A stretch of DNA of 32,279 nt from a bacterium (GTDB lineage Bacteria; Arandabacterota; Arandabacteria; Arandabacterales; JALGWA01), in contig JASFEA010000015.1 in the NCBI GenBank assembly GCA_050125095.1, positions 1 to 32,279 on the forward strand, in the 5' to 3' direction. This document shows positions 1 to 9,043 of this stretch, one piece after another. How positions within the stretch are numbered: position 1 is the first letter of the stretch; every line of letters starts with the position of its first letter. The position numbers and the translations under genes were made by a program. A model generated the notes under the pieces. That model was not told where the DNA came from. It saw only the letters and a program-made list of their open reading frames with translations, and did no database searches.

Positions 1-168
1 AAGATGTATGGACTATGGGTCGACCGCATAGTCAAAACCGCCGTCCGGATGATCGCAAAATCATGCTAGGTATCACTTCCTGATGTCACTCCCCCCGGGA
101 CATGAACCACTCTCTCAATTCCCATAGGTAGAGCCCGGCGGCCTCCTGCTCTCTCACAGAGGGCATGT

Positions 169-198
169 AAAGAAAAGGGGCCCCGCTGGGGGCCCCTT
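169..198 (-). terminator. Intrinsic terminator downstream of the RRM protein gene
   Basis: Perfect 10-bp inverted repeat AAGGGGCCCC (175-184) / GGGGCCCCTT (189-198) with a 4-nt loop, running into TTTTCTTT on the minus strand, about 50 nt after the stop codon. Confidence 0.85.
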
Positions 199-248
199 CC
201 GTTTGAAGTCGCTAGCGGCCCTGATTCAGAGCCACTTCGCGGAAATCT

Positions 249-548
249 CTACCAGGATGATCTCCTGCCACCGCCACCGCCACGGCCGCCACGGTCGCCA
301 CGGTCGTTACGCGGCTTGGCCTCGTTGACGTTGAGCTCGCGGCCCTTGAGCTCGGTGCCGTTTAGGGCGCTCATCGCGGCGCGGGCTTCGTCATCCACCG
401 GCATCTCCACGAAGCCGAAGCCCCTGGACTTGCCTGTGTACTTGTCGGTGATCAGGTTCGCATTTGCGACCTGGCCATGAGCCTCGAAGGCTTCCTTAAG
501 ATCTTCCTGTGTCACTTCCCATGACAGATTTCCTACGTAGATATTCAT
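249..548 (-). CDS. RNA recognition motif (RRM) RNA-binding protein with Gly/Arg-rich tail
   Basis: RNP2 IYVGNL, RNP1 RGFGFVEM, LNVNEAKPR and a C-terminal RGG/Gly tract. A purine-rich SD (GGGAGATAGGA) lies before the ATG. Confidence 0.96.
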   Translation of the reverse strand: MNIYVGNLSWEVTQEDLKEAFEAHGQVANANLITDKYTGKSRGFGFVEMPVDDEARAAMSALNGTELKGRELNVNEAKPRNDRGDRGGRGGGGGRRSSW

Positions 549-853
549 TCCTATCTCCCGTTTATTTCGAACAGTTGTACTCTACCGGATTTGACTTGAG
601 CCTGAATGGGATCACGTAACCAGCCGCTTCTCGAGGGATCCAAGGGGTTCTAGGCAGTTCCGAGCGCAGATCTGTTCAAGTTTACCTTGATTTCGATACT
701 TCCTTATTCAATTTGTTTACTGCTTCAATGCATGAGGGTTGAGACCTGTCACCTCCGAACTCTCAAAGCCCTTTAGTTAAAACGCTATGCGGCTGTCCAA
801 CCACAGTCTATTCTGCCGGTGCATGTACTTAGCCCGCAGTCTGTAGTTACATA

Positions 854-882
854 ACTTTAATAAGATCTTCGGCAGAAGTCAA
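854..882 (-). promoter_or_regulatory. Sigma70-type promoter for the RRM gene
   Basis: TTGACT (882-877), 17-nt spacer, TAAAGT (859-854). Confidence 0.65.
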
Positions 883-928
883 GCAGAAAGAAGGTTTTTC
901 TGCAAAACGCCGGCCGCAAGCGAGGTGC

Positions 929-2446
929 CTAGTCCTGGAAGGCGCCGTAGCGGCCGGTGTTCTTACGATCATGCCGGAAGCACGGCCACGGAGACGCGGC
1001 ATAGCCCATGCTGGTCGTCTCTATAGCGTGCAGGCCCCCGTTGTTACCGTTTCTGATATGGTGGTCTCCGATATACAGCGTCCCGTCAGGCATTATCGCG
1101 GCGGAGGACCAGTTGATGGCGCCGATCTCGGATAGCCAGTTGAGGGATCCATCGGCATTGAGGGCATAGAAGTACTCGTTTTCAGCGCCGAAGTAGATTA
1201 TGCCGTCCGCTCCGACCGTGGGACTGGAATAGACGTCCTCCAACGGGGACGGGTCACCGGGCCTCTCGACGACATACTGCCAGATCACCGTACCGCCCGG
1301 GCTCAGTGCTGTCACACGCCCCTTGTTGGTCGGACAGGCCTTGGTCGGAACATAAATGGAGCCGTCGGCGCCTATTGTCGGAGTGCCGCGCACATGGCAG
1401 TATGAGCCGTCCACAGGGTATTTCCACTTGACCGTGCCTTCGGAATCGATTGCCCAGACCGTCGACTCTCCACCGCTCTCCACGCCGAAATAGAGTGTGC
1501 CGTCGGTGTCTATGGACGGCGAGGTGAATGACATATCCGTCTCATGATCGAACTTGATGTGCCAGCGCTCGGTGCCGTTGGGGTTGACCGCAAACAGGTC
1601 GTCCTGGTGGATGGTTACGTAAATGGTGCCGTCTTCGCCGATCACCGGAGACTGCCGGCATGACCTGGCGTTATACGGCGTAAATCGCCAGATGCGCTCG
1701 CCCGTATCAGGGTCAATGGCATAGAGCCCGTCCGCGGCTATGTACACCGTCCCGTCGGCGCCAATGGCGGGCACGCGCTGGCCCACGAAGTAGACCGGGT
1801 GCTCGGGGTACTCGAAATCGTCGAACTTCCATCTCAGGTCACCGGAGGGCGATAGCGCATATACTATATTTCTGAAGTCCTGCACATAGACTGTCCCGTC
1901 CGGACCGATGGCGGGGGAGTACGGGTTGTTCTCGCAGTCGTAAGACCACTTTATCGTGCCGCCCGGCGCCACCGCGTATACACTCCCCCAATCCGTGCCG
2001 ATATATATGCCTGTAGATACATATATGGTGCCGTCGTCCCCCACGGCCGGTACGCAGTAATAGACATCCTTCTCAAGCTGAAGCGTCCACTTCACTTTCT
2101 TGGAGCAGAATACCTCCAGGTTGTGATCGCGGTTCATGATGAAACTGCCGCTGTCGGGAACAGCAACGCTGTCGAGTTCTACCATCAGGCTGGAATAGCC
2201 GCGCCTGAGCGAGTACAGGTAATATATGGTCTCGACCCAGGTGTACTCAAAAACTATGGGTTCGGGATAACCCCATACCCCGCCGCAGGTCTCCACCGTA
2301 AGAAGGTATGATTCCTCCTCCTCGTCGGGAGCCGTAGCCTCCGAATCGCCACCGCAGCCCGTTGCAGCAAACTGGCAGCAGCCGAGAATGAAAAGCGCTG
2401 CCAGTAAGCGCAATCGTGAACGCGTTTTGCAGCAATAGTCCCTCAT
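929..2446 (-). CDS. PQQ-binding-like (BamB-type repeat) beta-propeller lipoprotein
   Basis: Repeated SPxIGxDGTIY...LYAxxPDGxxKW blades and a C-terminal SPWPCFRHDRKNTG. The start was moved from 3118 to ATG 2446, which gives a signal peptide with lipobox ATG-C and avoids overlapping gdh. Confidence 0.85.
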   Translation of the reverse strand: MRDYCCKTRSRLRLLAALFILGCCQFAATGCGGDSEATAPDEEEESYLLTVETCGGVWGYPEPIVFEYTWVETIYYLYSLRRGYSSLMVELDSVAVPDSGSFIMNRDHNLEVFCSKKVKWTLQLEKDVYYCVPAVGDDGTIYVSTGIYIGTDWGSVYAVAPGGTIKWSYDCENNPYSPAIGPDGTVYVQDFRNIVYALSPSGDLRWKFDDFEYPEHPVYFVGQRVPAIGADGTVYIAADGLYAIDPDTGERIWRFTPYNARSCRQSPVIGEDGTIYVTIHQDDLFAVNPNGTERWHIKFDHETDMSFTSPSIDTDGTLYFGVESGGESTVWAIDSEGTVKWKYPVDGSYCHVRGTPTIGADGSIYVPTKACPTNKGRVTALSPGGTVIWQYVVERPGDPSPLEDVYSSPTVGADGIIYFGAENEYFYALNADGSLNWLSEIGAINWSSAAIMPDGTLYIGDHHIRNGNNGGLHAIETTSMGYAASPWPCFRHDRKNTGRYGAFQD

Positions 2447-2457
2447 AGATGAAGACC

Positions 2458-2486
2458 ATTCTAGCAGAATGTGGTGGCATTTTGAA
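2458..2486 (-). promoter_or_regulatory. Putative sigma70 promoter for the beta-propeller gene
   Basis: TTCAAA, 17-nt spacer, TAGAAT with an extended -10 TG. It would give a near-leaderless transcript. Confidence 0.45.
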
Positions 2487-2600
2487 GGTTTTATGGGCGC
2501 GGGGGCATGCCTCACCCCAAGACATTGATGAGTCCCGGGGGAAACCGCCGAGCGGCCACGCCAGAGGATGCAAAAGCCCAGAAATTCGGTCGTGCGGGGA

Positions 2601-2629
2601 TTGACTTTCAGGGGTACTTTACCTATGTT
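2601..2629 (+). promoter_or_regulatory. Sigma70-type promoter for the gdh operon
   Basis: TTGACT (2601-2606), 17-nt spacer, TATGTT (2624-2629). Confidence 0.65.
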
Positions 2630-2773
2630 AAATGCTTGGTGAAATGAGTCAAGGTCGACTGCCAGAGACACGGATATCCACCCAGGGGAGTTCAGCGGAT
2701 TGTGGGTGTGGCCGTTCTGGCCGAGTGACGCAGGGCCCGGAAACGAGGCCGGAGCTCTAGAAAGGAAGCACAA

Positions 2774-4060
2774 ATGGCTACAAAGGCATACAATGCTTTT
2801 CAGATGGCTCAGGCGCAGTTCGACAGGATCGCCGATCTTCTGGATCTCGACAGGCCCACCAGAGATCTGCTTCGCAATCCCCTCAGGGAGTATCACGTGA
2901 GCATCCCCGTGAGAATGGACGATGGTTCTTTCCAGGTATTCCGCGGCTTCAGGGTTCAGCACAACGACGCCCGCGGCCCGGGCAAGGGCGGCATCCGCTT
3001 CCATCCCCAGGAAACCATCGACACTGTAAGGGCGCTTGCCACCTGGATGACCTGGAAATGCGCCGTTGTGGACATTCCTCTCGGGGGAAGCAAGGGCGGC
3101 GTAATCTGTGATCCCCATAATCTAAGCATGCGGGAGCAGGAACAGATATGCCGTGGATGGGTAAGGCAGCTGGCCAAGAACATGGGACCGACCGTCGACG
3201 TGCCGGCGCCGGATGTCATGACCAGTCCGCAGCATATGCTGTGGATGCTGGATGAGTTCGAGACCATTCACGGGCAGAAGCTTCCGGGCTTCATCACGGG
3301 AAAACCCGTGGGCATGGGCGGATCCCTGGGCCGTAAGGAAGCGACCGGCTACGGGGTTGTCTTTACCGTCCGCGAGGCGCTCAAGGAGATGGAGGTTCCG
3401 CCTTCGGAGACGACCGCGAGCGTCCAGGGCTTCGGTAACGTCGGCCAGTTCGCCATAGACCTCTACACTCAGATCTGGGGCAAGGTCATATGCGCGTCAT
3501 GCTGGGACCAGAGGGACCAGACCTCTTACTCTTTCCGGCGCGAAGACGGCATCGATCTCAAGGAACTCCAGTCGGTCACCGACCGCTTCGGTGGTATAGA
3601 CAAGGAGAAGGCGAAGGGACTCGGATATGAAGTGCTGCCCGGCGACGCATGGCTTGAGCAGGATGTCGACATCCTCATACCGGCCGCACTCGAGAACCAG
3701 ATCACCGCCGAGACCGCCGGCAAGATCAGCAGAAAAGTGAAGATCATCGCCGAGGGGGCCAACGGGCCCACCACCCCTGAAGCCGACGAAACGATCGCAG
3801 AGAGGGGCATATTCATGATCCCCGACCTGCTCGCCAACGCCGGAGGCGTCACCTGCTCGTACTTCGAACAGGTCCAGTGCAATCAGAACTACTTCTGGGA
3901 GAGGGATGAGGCGCTCGGCAGGCTCGATACCAAGATGACCTCGGCCTTCCTCGCCGTAAGCGAGCTGGCCAGGAAAAGGAAGCTATACATGCGCGATGCC
4001 GCCTATGTAATAGCGGTGAGCCGCGTCGCCCAGGCCTGCAGAGACCGCGGTTGGGTGTAG
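2774..4060 (+). CDS. gdhA: Glutamate dehydrogenase (Glu/Leu/Phe/Val dehydrogenase family)
   Basis: Motifs RGFRVQHNDARGPGKGGIRFHP, MTWK, GGSKGG, DVPAPD, Rossmann GFGNVG, EGANGP and NAGGVTCSYFE. SD AAAGGAAG. Confidence 0.96.
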   Translation: MATKAYNAFQMAQAQFDRIADLLDLDRPTRDLLRNPLREYHVSIPVRMDDGSFQVFRGFRVQHNDARGPGKGGIRFHPQETIDTVRALATWMTWKCAVVDIPLGGSKGGVICDPHNLSMREQEQICRGWVRQLAKNMGPTVDVPAPDVMTSPQHMLWMLDEFETIHGQKLPGFITGKPVGMGGSLGRKEATGYGVVFTVREALKEMEVPPSETTASVQGFGNVGQFAIDLYTQIWGKVICASCWDQRDQTSYSFRREDGIDLKELQSVTDRFGGIDKEKAKGLGYEVLPGDAWLEQDVDILIPAALENQITAETAGKISRKVKIIAEGANGPTTPEADETIAERGIFMIPDLLANAGGVTCSYFEQVQCNQNYFWERDEALGRLDTKMTSAFLAVSELARKRKLYMRDAAYVIAVSRVAQACRDRGWV

Positions 4061-4126
4061 CGCCCGGGGAATCATAGGTTTGGGACTGTTCCCGGGGATG
4101 CAGGGGTGCAGGAAGGATAGCGAGCG

Positions 4127-5887
4127 TTGAAGAGCAATGAATACAGCCCGCATCACCGGGAGCTGGTGCGTTTCAACCGGCATTTCTTCACCGCTGATGA
4201 GAAATTCACCTATATGGGTTCAGGGTCCCTGGGAGGCAAGGCCCACGGCCTGGCCAGGATGAGGGGCTTACTGGAGTCCGCCATCTGGGATGAGTTCAGC
4301 GCGGCGATGAGGGTCGGTCTGCCGGCCACCACCGTCATCTGCACCGATTACTTCGACCTCTTCATGAAGGAGAACGACCTCTACGACAGAGCCTATTCCG
4401 GCGAACGCGATGAAGTCCTGGCGCATGCGTTCCAGGCCGCATCCCTGCCGGTTCAGCTCCTGGGAGACCTGAGGTCCCTGGCCGAGCAGGTGCACAGGCC
4501 GCTGGCGGTGAGGTCCTCTAGCATGCTCGAAGACGCCATGTTTGAGCCCTTTGCCAGTGTTTACGGCACAAAGATGATCCCGAATAACCAGCCCGATGCC
4601 GACACGCGTTTCCGCAGACTCGACGAGGCCATCAAATACGTGTACGCGTCGACCTTCTTCAAAGATGCCCGCGATTACATGAAGGCAACTCATCATTCCA
4701 CCCGGGATGAGAAGATGGCGGTGATCATACAGGAAGTCGTCGGAACGCGATTCGACGAGCGATTCTACCCGCATATCAGCGGTGTCGCAAGGTCTCATAA
4801 CTTCTATCCCACGGGCAATGCGGAGGCGGAAGACGGCGTGGTTGACCTCGCCCTGGGCCTCGGGAGGACCATAGTAGACGACGCTACGGCCTGGAGTTAT
4901 TCACCTGCATACCCGGCCGCTGATCCTCCGTACAACACCATAGGCGAGCTCCTGAAGCAGACCCAGACGAAGTTCTGGGCGGTCAATATGGGTCGGCCTC
5001 CAGCATATGATCCCACGAGCGAGGTGGAATACCTGGTTCACAGCGACCTCAGGGCGGCGGAGTACGACGGCTCACTGAAATACGTCGCATCCACTTACTC
5101 GGCCGAGAGAGACAGGATCGTGATGGGAACGGGTACCAAGGGGCCGAGGCTCTTAAACTTCGCGCCGATCCTGTCCGGGGACGAGCTGCCTCTGAACGAC
5201 ATGATCAAGCTCCTTCTCAAGACATGTGAAGAGGCCCTGGATAGCCTGGTTGAGATCGAGTTCGCCGTGGTCATCGACCCTGCAGGCAGGCGGCCCGCGG
5301 AGTTCGCATTCCTGCAGGTAAGACCTATGGTGGTTTCGCGCGATGTAGTCGAGGTGGGGCCGGAAGAGCTCAGTGGGCCGGGCGTTCTCGCCGCATCCGA
5401 CATGGTGATGGGAAACGGCACGCGGGATGACATCCGCGATGTCGTCTACCTCAAGCCCGAGTCCTTCGACATAGATCACTCCAGGACAATCGCCGACGAG
5501 CTGGGTTCTCTGAACAGCCAGCTCCTCGAGTCGAAGCGCCCCTATGTGCTCATCGGATTCGGGCGCTGGGGCACATCCGACCCCCAGGGCGGAATCCCCG
5601 TCAAGTTCGGCCAGATTTCCGGCGCGCGAGTGGTAGTGGAGGCCACGCTGCCGGAGGTCGATTTCAATCTCAGTCAGGGTTCGCACTTCTTTCACAACCT
5701 CACCAGTTTCAAGATATTTTATTTATCCATACACCATTCGAGGGCCGATAGCATAAACTGGGAAGCGCTGGCCGCGCGGCCGGCGGTAAACGAAACGGAA
5801 TTCGTGAGGCATGTGGAATTCCCCTGTCCCTTGAAAATCAAGGTCGACGGCAGGAATGGCCGGGGGCTGATCCTATATGAAGCATGA
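4127..5887 (+). CDS. PEP/pyruvate-binding (PPDK_N, ATP-grasp) domain protein, PEP-synthase-like, with no PEP TIM barrel
   Basis: LGGKAHGL, LAVRSSSMLED, MAVIIQEVVG, GLGRTIVD, EIEFA...LQVRP, then C-terminal GRWG and SQGSHFFHN. TTG start with SD GGAAGGA. Confidence 0.9.
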   Translation: MKSNEYSPHHRELVRFNRHFFTADEKFTYMGSGSLGGKAHGLARMRGLLESAIWDEFSAAMRVGLPATTVICTDYFDLFMKENDLYDRAYSGERDEVLAHAFQAASLPVQLLGDLRSLAEQVHRPLAVRSSSMLEDAMFEPFASVYGTKMIPNNQPDADTRFRRLDEAIKYVYASTFFKDARDYMKATHHSTRDEKMAVIIQEVVGTRFDERFYPHISGVARSHNFYPTGNAEAEDGVVDLALGLGRTIVDDATAWSYSPAYPAADPPYNTIGELLKQTQTKFWAVNMGRPPAYDPTSEVEYLVHSDLRAAEYDGSLKYVASTYSAERDRIVMGTGTKGPRLLNFAPILSGDELPLNDMIKLLLKTCEEALDSLVEIEFAVVIDPAGRRPAEFAFLQVRPMVVSRDVVEVGPEELSGPGVLAASDMVMGNGTRDDIRDVVYLKPESFDIDHSRTIADELGSLNSQLLESKRPYVLIGFGRWGTSDPQGGIPVKFGQISGARVVVEATLPEVDFNLSQGSHFFHNLTSFKIFYLSIHHSRADSINWEALAARPAVNETEFVRHVEFPCPLKIKVDGRNGRGLILYEA

Positions 5888-8800
5888 AAGCGACAGTGAT
5901 CTTGTCCGTTTCCTTCAGGAGAGGGAAAAGGAACTGACATGTATCTACAGGCTCGAAGAGATTCTGAGCCGCGACGATTCAACACCGGCCGAGGTCTGCA
6001 GAGCCGCAGTCGACGCCATCCCGCCGGCCTGGCAGTACCCGGATATCTGCAGAGCCAGAGTTGTGCTTCAGGGGGAGGAGTATAAATCCGACGACTTCAT
6101 GGAGACCGACTGGGTCCAGACTTGCGACATAAAGATCCAGGATGAAGTAATCGGGACTATAAGCGTCTTCTATACCAAGGAAATGCCGCCCGCCGCCGAC
6201 GGTCCCTTCCTCAAGGAAGAGACCAAACTGCTGCAGACCATAGCCGACAGGATAGCTCAGTTCATGCTGCTCAGGCGCATCCAGCAAATGGCAGCCGATT
6301 ATGAGAACGGGGCCGAGCGTAAGCCGCCGGAGTGGCGGGCCGTACTGGAGATGTTACGCAGAACCGACAAGGACCTGTTCCTCAACATATGCCAGAAGAT
6401 GCTGAATTCTCTGTCCTGGACGGGTGTGAAGGGGGCGGAGGAGCTGCTCCGGTCTTCGGGTCTGGGTTTCATAGCTCTGGATGAGCAAGTGACGGACGGA
6501 GAAAACCAGCCGGCCCGCAAGAGAGCCATCAGGATTTCCGAAGACGTAATCGAAAAGGTGTTCGACATAGCGGACCGGAACCTCCCTGACGACCAGATAC
6601 TGGCCAGCGTTCAGAAGTGGGTCCAGGAGGACAGACTGAGATTTCTCACGCGGGCGGTCAACCGTAACTCGACCCTTGCCGAGGTCTCGGGAGCGATTCG
6701 CCAGTTCTACCGCATGTCTCCGGAAGGCGGCGAGATACCGACTGTAACCAGGAAGGGAATCGAGGTAGCGCTGATAAGGCGGCTGCTCTCAGAGCAGCTG
6801 CAGTACATAAACATCGCGAAGAAGTTCCTCGGCATAGATGAGATTCATGAGTTCATCGACCGCATAATCTCCACCACGGAGAACCACGGCAGGCTGGGCG
6901 GCAAAGGCGCGGGACTGTTGCTTGCGGAACAGATCATCCGCAAGTCGGGAAGAGAGCGCAAGGAACTCAGCAGCATCAAGGTGCCGAAGACCTGGTACAT
7001 CGCCTCTGATGTCGTGTTTCAATTCATCGATTTCAACAATCTGGGCGAGGTAGTCGAGCAGAAATACAAAGACATTAACCAGGTCCGGCTGGAGTACCCT
7101 CATGTAATACAGGCTTTCAAGAACTGCCACTTCCCGCCGGACGTGGTCCAGGCTCTGTCGATGGTCCTGGACGAGTTCGAGGGCGTGCCTCTAATCGTCA
7201 GGAGCTCCAGCCTTCTGGAAGACAGGCTGGGCGCGGCGTTTTCCGGCAAGTACCGGAGCCTCTTCATCGCAAATCAGGGAACCAAAAAAGAGAGGCTTGA
7301 CTCGCTAACCGATGCGATAGCCGAAGTCTATGCCTCGGTCTTCGGGCCCGATCCCATAGAGTACAGGGCGGAGAGGGGCCTTCTGGATTTCTCCGAAGAG
7401 ATGGGCGTCATGATACAGGAGGTGGTAGGCAACAGAATCGGCGAGTACTTCCTCCCGGCGTTTGCGGGGGTTGCCTTCAGCAGCAATGAATTCCGGTGGT
7501 CTCCCAGGATCAAGAGAGAGGACGGTCTTGTGCGGCTGGTGGCCGGACTCGGGACGCGTGCCGTCGACCGGGTGGCGGACGATTACCCCATACTGATTGC
7601 CCCGGGCCAGCCGGGTCTCAGAGTAAATGTCACGACCGACGAGATCATTCGCTACTCGCCGACCAAGGTCGACCTGATAAACCTGGAGACGGGTGTATTT
7701 GAAACGGTCGACTTGAAGGACCTTCTCGACAGGTATGGCAGTGAGATCCCCGCTGTTGAGAAGATGGTCTCGATCACGGACGGGCATCAGATTCGAAAGC
7801 CGCTCGGACGGAATATCGACTTCGGGAAGGATGATCTCGTTGTCACGTTCGAAGGCCTGATAGGGGATACCGCCTTCGTTAATCAGATGGCTGGCATGCT
7901 TAAACTGCTGGAGGACGAGCTTGAAACACCGGTCGATATCGAATTCGCCCATGACGGCAAGGACTTCTATCTGCTGCAGTGCAGGCCTCAGAGTTACTCG
8001 GAGGGAAGCAAACCGTCTCCCATTCCCAAGGACGTCCCCGAAGCGAGTGTGGTTTTCACCGCCAGGAAGTACATATCGAACGGAAAGGTGCCGGATATAA
8101 CCCATATAGTCTACGTAGACCCCGAGAAGTACGGCCAGCTTCCGGAACGGGCCGATCTCCTGTCGGTGGGGAGGGCCGTGGGCAAGCTCAACAATCTGTT
8201 GCCAAAACGGCAGTTCATATTGATGGGCCCGGGGCGATGGGGCAGCCGGGGGGACATAAGGCTGGGCGTGAGCGTAACGTACTCCGACATCAATAACACG
8301 GCAATGCTCGTCGAAATAGCCCGCCAGAAGGGCGAATACACGCCGGACCTGTCTTTCGGAACTCATTTCTTCCAGGACCTCGTGGAGGCGCGGATCCGTT
8401 ACCTGCCTCTTTATCCCGATGACAATGACACCATCTTCAACGAGATATTCCTGGCGAGGTCCCCGAATCTCCTTCCCGAGCTGCTGCCGGAGTTCGAGCT
8501 GATAGCCGATACGGTGCGGCTCATAGACGTTGGGGCCGCCGCGGACGGCCGGGTCCTGAAGGTCTACATGAACGCTGACCTTAACGAGGCTATCGGCATT
8601 CTGGCCGAGCCGTCTACGCCTTTGCCTGTGGGTAGAGAGGGCGAGGTCTATGAGGAGAGGCAGACCGGAGACTACTGGCCCTGGCGGCTGAGGATGGCCG
8701 AGCACATAGCCTCGGTGCTGGACCCCGCCAGGTTCGGCGTGGAGGGGATGTACGTGTTCGGCAGCACCAAAAACGCCACGGCGGGGCCCGGAAGCGACAT

Positions 8801-9041
8801 CGATCTTCTCATTCACTTCCGCGGCACGGATGAGCAGCGAAAGGACCTTGAAACCTGGCTTGATGCGTGGAGCCTGAGCCTGGCCCAGCTCAATTACCTC
8901 AAGACCGGGTACAGGTCAGACGGCCTCCTGGACGTGCATATCGTGACGGATGAAGACATAGCGCGGAAGACGAGCTATGCTTCCAAGATAGGCGCAATCA
9001 CCGACCCCGCGCGACCCTTGAAGATCAGGAAGCCCGGGTGA
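5877..9041 (+). CDS. Multidomain protein: GAF-like N-terminus, PPDK_N ATP-grasp, His-motif domain and C-terminal pol-beta-type nucleotidyltransferase
   Basis: EREKELTCIY...PPAWQYPD at the N-terminus; LGGKGAGL, IVRSSSLLED...AFSGKY, GLGTRAVD, DIEFA...LLQCRP; SFGTHFFQD; and YVFGSTKNATAGPGSDIDLLI...LLDVHIV. Overlaps the upstream gene by 11 nt. Confidence 0.9.
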   Translation: MKHESDSDLVRFLQEREKELTCIYRLEEILSRDDSTPAEVCRAAVDAIPPAWQYPDICRARVVLQGEEYKSDDFMETDWVQTCDIKIQDEVIGTISVFYTKEMPPAADGPFLKEETKLLQTIADRIAQFMLLRRIQQMAADYENGAERKPPEWRAVLEMLRRTDKDLFLNICQKMLNSLSWTGVKGAEELLRSSGLGFIALDEQVTDGENQPARKRAIRISEDVIEKVFDIADRNLPDDQILASVQKWVQEDRLRFLTRAVNRNSTLAEVSGAIRQFYRMSPEGGEIPTVTRKGIEVALIRRLLSEQLQYINIAKKFLGIDEIHEFIDRIISTTENHGRLGGKGAGLLLAEQIIRKSGRERKELSSIKVPKTWYIASDVVFQFIDFNNLGEVVEQKYKDINQVRLEYPHVIQAFKNCHFPPDVVQALSMVLDEFEGVPLIVRSSSLLEDRLGAAFSGKYRSLFIANQGTKKERLDSLTDAIAEVYASVFGPDPIEYRAERGLLDFSEEMGVMIQEVVGNRIGEYFLPAFAGVAFSSNEFRWSPRIKREDGLVRLVAGLGTRAVDRVADDYPILIAPGQPGLRVNVTTDEIIRYSPTKVDLINLETGVFETVDLKDLLDRYGSEIPAVEKMVSITDGHQIRKPLGRNIDFGKDDLVVTFEGLIGDTAFVNQMAGMLKLLEDELETPVDIEFAHDGKDFYLLQCRPQSYSEGSKPSPIPKDVPEASVVFTARKYISNGKVPDITHIVYVDPEKYGQLPERADLLSVGRAVGKLNNLLPKRQFILMGPGRWGSRGDIRLGVSVTYSDINNTAMLVEIARQKGEYTPDLSFGTHFFQDLVEARIRYLPLYPDDNDTIFNEIFLARSPNLLPELLPEFELIADTVRLIDVGAAADGRVLKVYMNADLNEAIGILAEPSTPLPVGREGEVYEERQTGDYWPWRLRMAEHIASVLDPARFGVEGMYVFGSTKNATAGPGSDIDLLIHFRGTDEQRKDLETWLDAWSLSLAQLNYLKTGYRSDGLLDVHIVTDEDIARKTSYASKIGAITDPARPLKIRKPG

Positions 9042-9043
9042 GG

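Noticed and set aside
1-160. Possible gene start or RNA at the left edge (hairpin GACTATG…CATAGTC, SD-like AGGAGG on the minus strand)
   Set aside because: The minus-strand ATGs checked hit stops within 20 codons, and there is too little context to call anything.
2447-3118. N-terminal extension of the 729-aa ORF overlapping gdh on the antisense strand
   Set aside because: It lies upstream of the signal peptide, spans two promoters and mirrors gdh codons. The real start is about 2446.
4063-4097. Imperfect hairpin after the gdh stop as a terminator
   Set aside because: It has a large loop, a bulged stem and no U-tract. At most it is an mRNA-stabilising element inside the operon.
7305-8816. 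Long antisense ORFs (503 aa here; also 10325..11389, 17723..18463, 22320..23348, 28574..29242, 29292..30017)
   Set aside because: These are shadow frames of well-supported genes, expected from GC-rich codon bias, and they have no protein motifs.
8670-9041. MNT-HEPN toxin-antitoxin or CBASS-type defence system
   Set aside because: The NTase is fused to a metabolic-type protein in a gdh operon, and no HEPN, effector or Cap genes are nearby.
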